In this document: piece after piece, positions 57,427-64,000 of the stretch
Layout: each line of letters begins with the position of its first letter
Position numbering within the stretch: position 1 is the stretch's first letter
Origin: Fonticula alba ATCC 38817
Taxonomy: Eukaryota > Protista > Nucleariida
DNA length: 64,000 nt
Assembly (NCBI GenBank): GCA_000388065.2
Contig: KB932201.1
Strand: one strand, 5' to 3'
Position numbers and translations under genes: made by a program
The notes under the pieces: generated by a model
What the model saw: the letters and a program-made list of their open reading frames with translations, nothing else
Database searches by the model: none
What the model was told of the DNA's origin: nothing

Positions 57427-60400
57427 GGTGTGTGTGTGGGTGCGCGAGGAGGGGGATGGAGAGAGGGCACACACTCAGGGGGGGAGGAGTACACTGGCGG
57501 AGGGGGGGGGGGTGGCGGTGCAGGGAGGGAGGAGGAGGGGTGAAGAGGGGGATGATGAAGCTCATTCCGGATGGTAGCCCGGTCATGCCCGTGGCCCATT
57601 TACGGGGCGCGACCGCAGGCGCGAGTGTGGGGGGTTCACCTCGGCCCGATCACCGCCGGGCATCATGTGGGCAGCACCTTGGCCTTGTCTCTGTCCGACC
57701 CGCCCGCCCGATTGTTCGAGGCGGGGGGCGCGGGTGCGGCGGGGGAGACATCCCCCCATGGCAGCGGGTGGACGGCCGTGCGCACCAGCCCCCGTCGCGG
57801 TCCTTCGGTCCTTGTCCCCCTCTCCCCCCCCCCCCACTGAGGGGGTATGTTCTCGACTGGAGGTCGCCGCTCTCCCCCGGGGGGGACGACCAGGCAGGCC
57901 GATTGAGCATCCCCGCTTGNNNNNNNNNNNNNNNNNNNNNNNNNNNNNNNNNNNNNNNNNNNNNNNNNNNNNNNNNNNNNNNNNNNNNNNNNNNNNNNNN
58001 NNNNNNNNNNNNNNNNNNNNNNNNNNNNNNNNNNNNNNNNNNNNNNNNNNNNNNNNNNNNNNNNNNNNNNNNNNNNNNNNNNNNNNNNNNNNNNNNNNNN
58101 NNNNNNNNNNNNNNNNNNNNNNNNNNNNNNNNNNNNNNNNNNNNNNNNNNNNNNNNNNNNNNNNNNNNNNNNNNNNNNNNNNNNNNNNNNNNNNNNNNNN
58201 NNNNNNNNNNNNNNNNNNNNNNNNNNNNNNNNNNCCCCGCCCCCTCCTGCCGCCCCTGAAGGAAAGAGAAGACTCCAGCGCGAGCGCGCGGGGTGCGGCC
58301 CCCAGCCCGGAGGGATGCCCTCGGGGGAGCGTCGACGCGCCGCATCTGTCTCCCCGCTTGTCTCGCACTTCCCTTGTCTCCCCCTCTCCGCCGGGGCAGC
58401 TGTTGTGTCCATAGGGGCGTGTGTGTGCGGCCCCATTTCGCCCGATCGCCTGGCCCCCCCTCTTTTTCTCGAGCGAGAGAGAGACCTCTGATTAATGCTC
58501 CCGCCCCCTCCCCCCCCCCTTGGCCGGGGGAGTCAGGCAAGATAGATCCGGAAAAAATGCCAGCCGCCTCTGAAATATAGCGCTGCCAGGAGGCGGGGGC
58601 GGGCTGCGCCCGGGCACCCGAAGATGCTGCATTTGTTGTTATTGTTGTTGTCGTCTAGACGGGCCGCCCCTGGCCTTGGGATTCGCTTGGCCCAAGTTTC
58701 CTGCTGTGTGGCCTGGGGCGGGGGGGGAGGGCGGTCCTCGCCGCCGGGGTTGCAGAACAACAGGTGCCCGGTGGGGCAGGGGGGCTCGAAGAGACGGCTG
58801 GGGCAGTCGCACCTCTGTATTGGTGGTGCCGCTCAAAAGGCCGGGGTAGAGCCGGCGCTCGCGCCCGGGCGTCGCCCAGGAGTGCGTATGTCCACACCGG
58901 GGGGGGGGGACTTGTCGCCGGACGGACAAACCTGCGCCCCGGGGGCGGCGGCGCGTTTGGCCGTCCGGACTCACTCGATCGAACGCCCAACGAGGGCGAG
59001 GGCAGGTCGATCATTTTCCACCCCCCCCCCCCACCATCTGGTAGTCCGCGGAAAAAAGAGGGCAGGGCGCGATCGCATACCTGCGGGCGGGCGGCCTGCT
59101 TGGCGATCGCCAGCCCCCTTTGCGCCCTTGTGGACCTTAACACCTGCCTGCCAAGGGAGAGGGGGAGGCGGGACTCCAGGATCAGGCTCATCAGGGTGGT
59201 GAAGGCGCTGCCCCCCCCCCCCCGACCCAATGCCGCAGGCTATTGCCCCGGGCAGTTGAAAGCCCGAGAATATGGAAGACACCCCAGGCAAGATTCCCAG
59301 CGGGCAACATCTTCGGTGAGCCTCACCCTGTTNNNNNNNNNNNNNNNNNNNNNNNNNNNNNNNNNNNNNNNNNNNNNNNNNNNNNNNNNNNNNNNNNNNN
59401 NNNNNNNNNNNNNNNNNNNNNNNNNNNNNNNNNNNNNNNNNNNNNNNNNNNNNNNNNNNNNNNNNNNNNNNNNNNNNNNNNNNNNNNNNNNNNNNNNNNN
59501 NNNNNNNNNNNNNNNNNNNNNNNNNNNNNNNNNNNNNNNNNNNNNNNNNNNNNNNNNNNNNNNNNNNNNNNNNNNNNCCCCCCCCCCCCCCCCCGCCTCC
59601 GCACCGACACCGGCCGAGCGTGTGCGGGGTGCCCGCCCCCAGCGCACCCCTCCCCCGCATCTCCGCCTCGGTTTCTTCGCGCCTGGCCGCGGGGCTCCGG
59701 CCCGACCACCCTCGGTGTGCCACCCGAGATAGCCCCAGATCGCCGCCGGCTCTCGGGTAGGCCTGCGATAGCCCTCCGCACCCTTGGCCGGCACACGGCG
59801 CGAATCGCGGTGCGCCGGCGGATTGAGGCCGCAAAACGTCCCCCTCCCCGCTCCCCCCCCAACCTCGCCCCAGCGTCGCCCCAGTCTTCTTGGCCCGGTG
59901 GTGTCTTGCTGCCGGGGCCAGGGCAGTAGGTCGCCTGCGCCTTGTGTTGCCTGCGTGTGTGGGGGCACACTCCCCCCAACGAGCCGGGATCAGCCTGTTT
60001 GTGGGCGCGCCTTTTCCCGTCCTCCTCCCCTTTCTCGTACTCACCTCTGTGGCCTTGCACATGTGGCCGGGTGGGGCATCGGTGCATGTGCGACCGAGGA
60101 CGGCGCCGGCGGCCGGCGGACGCACGCATGCCCGCAGGGGCCCCTCCGTTGACGCGCTCGGGCCCGCGCTCCACCTCCGCGCCCCCTGCTCCCGGGCACT
60201 CGCGGGGGATCTTCTGCCCCGCGGGGCTGAGCTAGACTACACCCCCCCCAGCACCCGGGTACTCAATCGGGTCGAGCTCTATCGGGTCACGCCTGGACGC
60301 AATACCATTCTACGATGATGGCCCCCGGTTCGGGGCGCATGATCCGCGCAGATTGTGGGGAAACTGGCTGACCTGATTGTACTTATGCCCGGGCGGGTCG

Positions 60401-62213
60401 CCCTGGCCCGGGGGCCTCCATTGCCGCGTTGGCTGCGCTGGACACAGGGGCCGGCGGGCGCCCGCCAGAACGCCCCGGCACTCGAAGCCCACTGCTCGTC
60501 CGCTTCCGCCACATGGCGCGCGGCATGCCCGAGACTCCTGCCGACACCGGGCCGGTCGTGGTGATCCCGCAACTGGGGGCACCCCTCCTGCCCCTCGCCC
60601 CCAGGGTGCGGGCCCGTTCTGCACTCGTCTGGCCATGTCCAGATATAAGCACGTGTTATGGTGCCCCTCTTAAGCATGACATGGCATAGCCTTGTCCAGG
60701 GCCTGTGACCCCACAATTAAACGTGCGGTCGGACTGTCTGGCCCTTCTGCACCCCGGCCGGGCCCAGGCGCCAATCAAGAGGAAGGCCCGGCGCGGCCCG
60801 GGGAGGCGCCGCACATGAAAGGCCTCTCCCACATGAGCTCCCCCGGGCGCGGCCGATCCACGTAGCCCGGGGACGCGATGGCGAGTCGGTGGCNNNNNNN
60901 NNNNNNNNNNNNNNNNNNNNNNNNNNNNNNNNNNNNNNNNNNNNNNNNNNNNNNNNNNNNNNNNNNNNNNNNNNNNNNNNNNNNNNNNNNNNNNNNNNNN
61001 NNNCGGGCCCGCGAGGGTGGCCTGCCCCGCCGTCTGTGCGTCCTGCTTCCCTGGGAGGCCCGACGCTGGATGGGGGTGCCTGCAGGAGGGCTGCTGTGCG
61101 AGGGGGGGGGAGAGAGAGAGAGAGCGAGGGAGAGAGCATCTCTCGCGCGCGCCTGGAAGCGCCCCGAGGAATGATGAGGGGCCGGGCGGCTTGGCCGAGC
61201 GGACCTTTCCAGAGCACACAGCCGGCGACATTCATATCGTCGTCTCGATGGGGAGTTTTCGCGCCGGCCACCCTGGCCGGCCGGTGGCCCAGTCCGTCGA
61301 TTCGGTCCCGCGCCGGGGCCATCATCGGCCAGGGACCCGGGGCTAGGCCTGGCCAACCTAAACCATAGCGGGCCCGCGCCGCCGAGTCCATGCCGAGGAT
61401 GGGGCGGCGCCAAAAGGAAAAAAAGCGCCGAGACGCACACGCTGGCTCGATGGGGCGGCGGGTACGTGCGTCACGGCGTCCGGACACCCCGCCGGGGCTG
61501 CGGACGCTTGGAGGGGCGGCGAGGGGCGGGGCGTTTTCCCCGAGGGGTAATGTCCCCGAGGGGACGGGCGTCGGCCCGCCCTGCCCGGCGGACACGAATG
61601 TCTCGGGTCACACTGGTCGGGGGAGGAGACCGGCCGCTAGTCCGGAGAACGGGGCTCAGGGCCAGAGGCTCGCCCTATGGGGCTCCCGAGGAGGGGCTGG
61701 CCAACGGCGGGGTACACGCGTGCCTGCGCACAGCGCGGCGAGGCTGCAAGGCAGGCATGGGCCGCCCAATGGGCAGATGTCGCCCGGGAGCGCCGCGACC
61801 CGAGCCGCCTGCGCAATCGCTGCCGCCCCGACCGCCGCGGGTGCATGCGCACGCAGACATGCAGACACGCACACACGCACGCGCGCGCGCGCGCACGGGC
61901 CCCACAGCGGCCCCAATGTTTGGCCCGGGCGCTTTAATTTCGCGGTGTCCCCTCTGGGGCCCTGGCCTGGGCGTTCCACAGGCAACGCGTCGTCGTGGCC
62001 CCGGCTCGCGTTGGCCTCGGCCTCCGGGCATATACGCGCTTCCACGCATGCGCGCACACGCACGCACACAGACACACCAGCTGGGCCCCCGTGGGCACGT
62101 GCGCACGCGCGCACAGACACACACACACATGCGAATGTGGCCATGGGTCCATAGGCGCATACTTGTACGCTGGCCTGCATGGCATGCGCCCCCGGGGACC
62201 CCGACGCGCCAGC

Positions 62214-62244
<31 letters not shown>

Positions 62245-64000
62245 CTTTATTTGTGTCAACCAGCCGCGCAGGGGGCCGACGCGCGAGGGGCCACCAATCG
62301 CGGGACCGGGACCCCCAAGGAGGCCTACGAATCGGGTTCGCCAGCCCGAGAGCGCTACCGCTGGATGCCGGCCATCTCTCGCCACTGCCCTCCAGGGCCA
62401 TCGCCTCCGTACACGTTGCCCTGCCCGAGCAGCGGGCAGCTCCATCCCAAAGGACGACCCGCCCTGTATGGACATCCAAACGACCGGCCCCTGGCACTCG
62501 TTCCTGTGCTGGATGCTGACGGGGACAAGGGCAGGACCGAAGCCGTGAGCCCCATCACACAGGCGCCTCCGGCCGGCCAAGCCCAGCCGTCCGGGCTGCT
62601 CTCCCGGACCAGGACCATCACCGGGTGTGGATGCCACACCGGGCCGCCCGGGGCACCGCAACGCACCCCCCTGGCGGTAAGCCATTGTCCCGGTGCTGGG
62701 GCCCAGGCGATCCCCCCAGTAGCTCGGCACGCGGCGACAAACTGGCACCCCCTCCCCGCCGGGGGCTGATAGGGGGTGGCACGGGTGGCCGAGGGGGGGG
62801 GGGGAGAGCACGGCTGAGGGGACGGGGGGGGGGTTTCCCGGGGGGGGGGGGGGGAGCCCCCCCCCCGGGGGGGGGGGGTTTTTTGGGGGCCCCCCCCGGG
62901 CGGGTTCCCCCCCGGGGTGCCCCCCCCCCCCCCCCGCCAGCGGACGGGTTTTACTTCGGGGGAGGCAAGCGGCGCACCCTGGGGCGGGGGGGGGGGGTGT
63001 TCCGCCCCCCCTCCCCACTCTCGCCGCCCCCTGGGGACTCGTAGGCGCGTGAGCTCGATGGCACAGAATGTGCACGCGTGCGTCCGGGCGCAAAGGGATC
63101 CGCATGCTGCCCCGGTCTGCCGGGCTCTGCCGCGAGGATGACCTCCCGGCACATGAAGGAGACCAGGCGCCACATGGGCGAGGGCCTGAGGCATACGAGG
63201 GCCACCGGGAATCATGAACAGAGCCGGCATGGGCGCCCCCCCCCACCCCTGCCCCCTGCCCCTCCTCCGCCACACCGTCTCCGGGCGCCGAATCCTTCTT
63301 CTGTGCGTGTTTGTGCTGGCCGTCGGGGCAGGGGGCACACGTTAGCGCGGGGCGCCGAGCGGGCCACACGGCCGGCGCTGGGGCACCCCATCCACCGCCG
63401 GACCCCTGTTTGCGGTCTGCCACTTAGCACCGTGGCAGCGTACGATCCGAGTGGGCATGGCACCGGCGCCGGCGCCGGCACCGCGGTCCGGGGGTGTAAC
63501 TACACAACCAGGCCCTTGCGCCTCGGACCAGATGGTGGGACTTACCTTGCCCCATGCACCGATGCCCCGCCCCACCCCCCTCCCCCGCCCCCATGCCCCC
63601 AGGCTCCATGCGTGTGAGCCCGGCCCTCGAGACACCGACGAGCAGCCCCGGAGACCGCAAGGGCGTCATCGACGCGCAATAGGATCGCGCCCGGACACTC
63701 CATGCCTGGAGCATGCGCGACTGCCCTCCTGCGCCCCTCTCCGCTCGGGGTGGCTACTCTTGCCCCCGCTCTATGTCATCCTGGCGCCGGGTCTCCTTCG
63801 TCGGCAGCCCGGGGCCGCATCCTTAATAGAGTTACTCGGAGTGCCCAAGAAAGGCCGGGGGGTGGGGCAGGGCGGGAGGGAGGAAGGACCGGGGTCCCAT
63901 GCTCCGAGGACCGGCACACCCTCAAGACTGTGCCGCGTCTCGGGTCCCTCCCCGCGCCCCCCCCCCCCCCCCCCCCGGGGGGGGGGGGGGTAGCGGCTGC

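Noticed and set aside
62820-62940. Alternating G-run/C-run block resembling a G-quadruplex or hairpin element
   Set aside because: The pattern of homopolymers of irregular length is typical of low-quality base calls in GC-rich sequence, so it cannot be trusted without reads.
1-64000. tRNA, rRNA, CRISPR arrays, transposase or reverse-transcriptase genes
   Set aside because: By eye I found no T-loop/D-loop cloverleaf, rRNA conserved blocks, repeat-spacer arrays or RT/DDE motifs. tRNAscan-SE and Infernal would be needed to exclude them formally.

Overview
This is GC-rich, intron-containing eukaryotic nuclear DNA from a draft short-read assembly: 13 N-gaps and an embedded Illumina adapter at 38642-38661. 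Composition is consistent with a unicellular opisthokont such as Fonticula alba: Ala/Gly/Pro/Ser-rich insertions in otherwise conserved proteins, microsatellite-filled introns and GTRCGY splice donors. That assignment is inference, not a database result. By splicing exons manually I support about 19 protein-coding genes: a giant unknown gene with two poly-Asp tracts, LSM4, POLR3H/RPC25, CD2BP2, SNRPF, VPS35L, a Tma17/Adc17-like protein, GET4, a RING-H2 protein, MED20, RMI2, BORCS6, an intronless LEA-like protein, a putative mitochondrial protein, a bZIP factor, a MINDY1/2 deubiquitinase, a TatB-like protein, an FHA protein and UBE2G2. The standout is the spliced gene at 46659-47749, which no single ORF in the track shows. 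It encodes a TatB-family subunit resembling plant mitochondrial TatB, suggesting a retained mitochondrial twin-arginine translocase in a probable opisthokont. Family assignments come from recalled motifs and need HMM confirmation. I found no rRNA, tRNA, CRISPR or recognisable mobile element.
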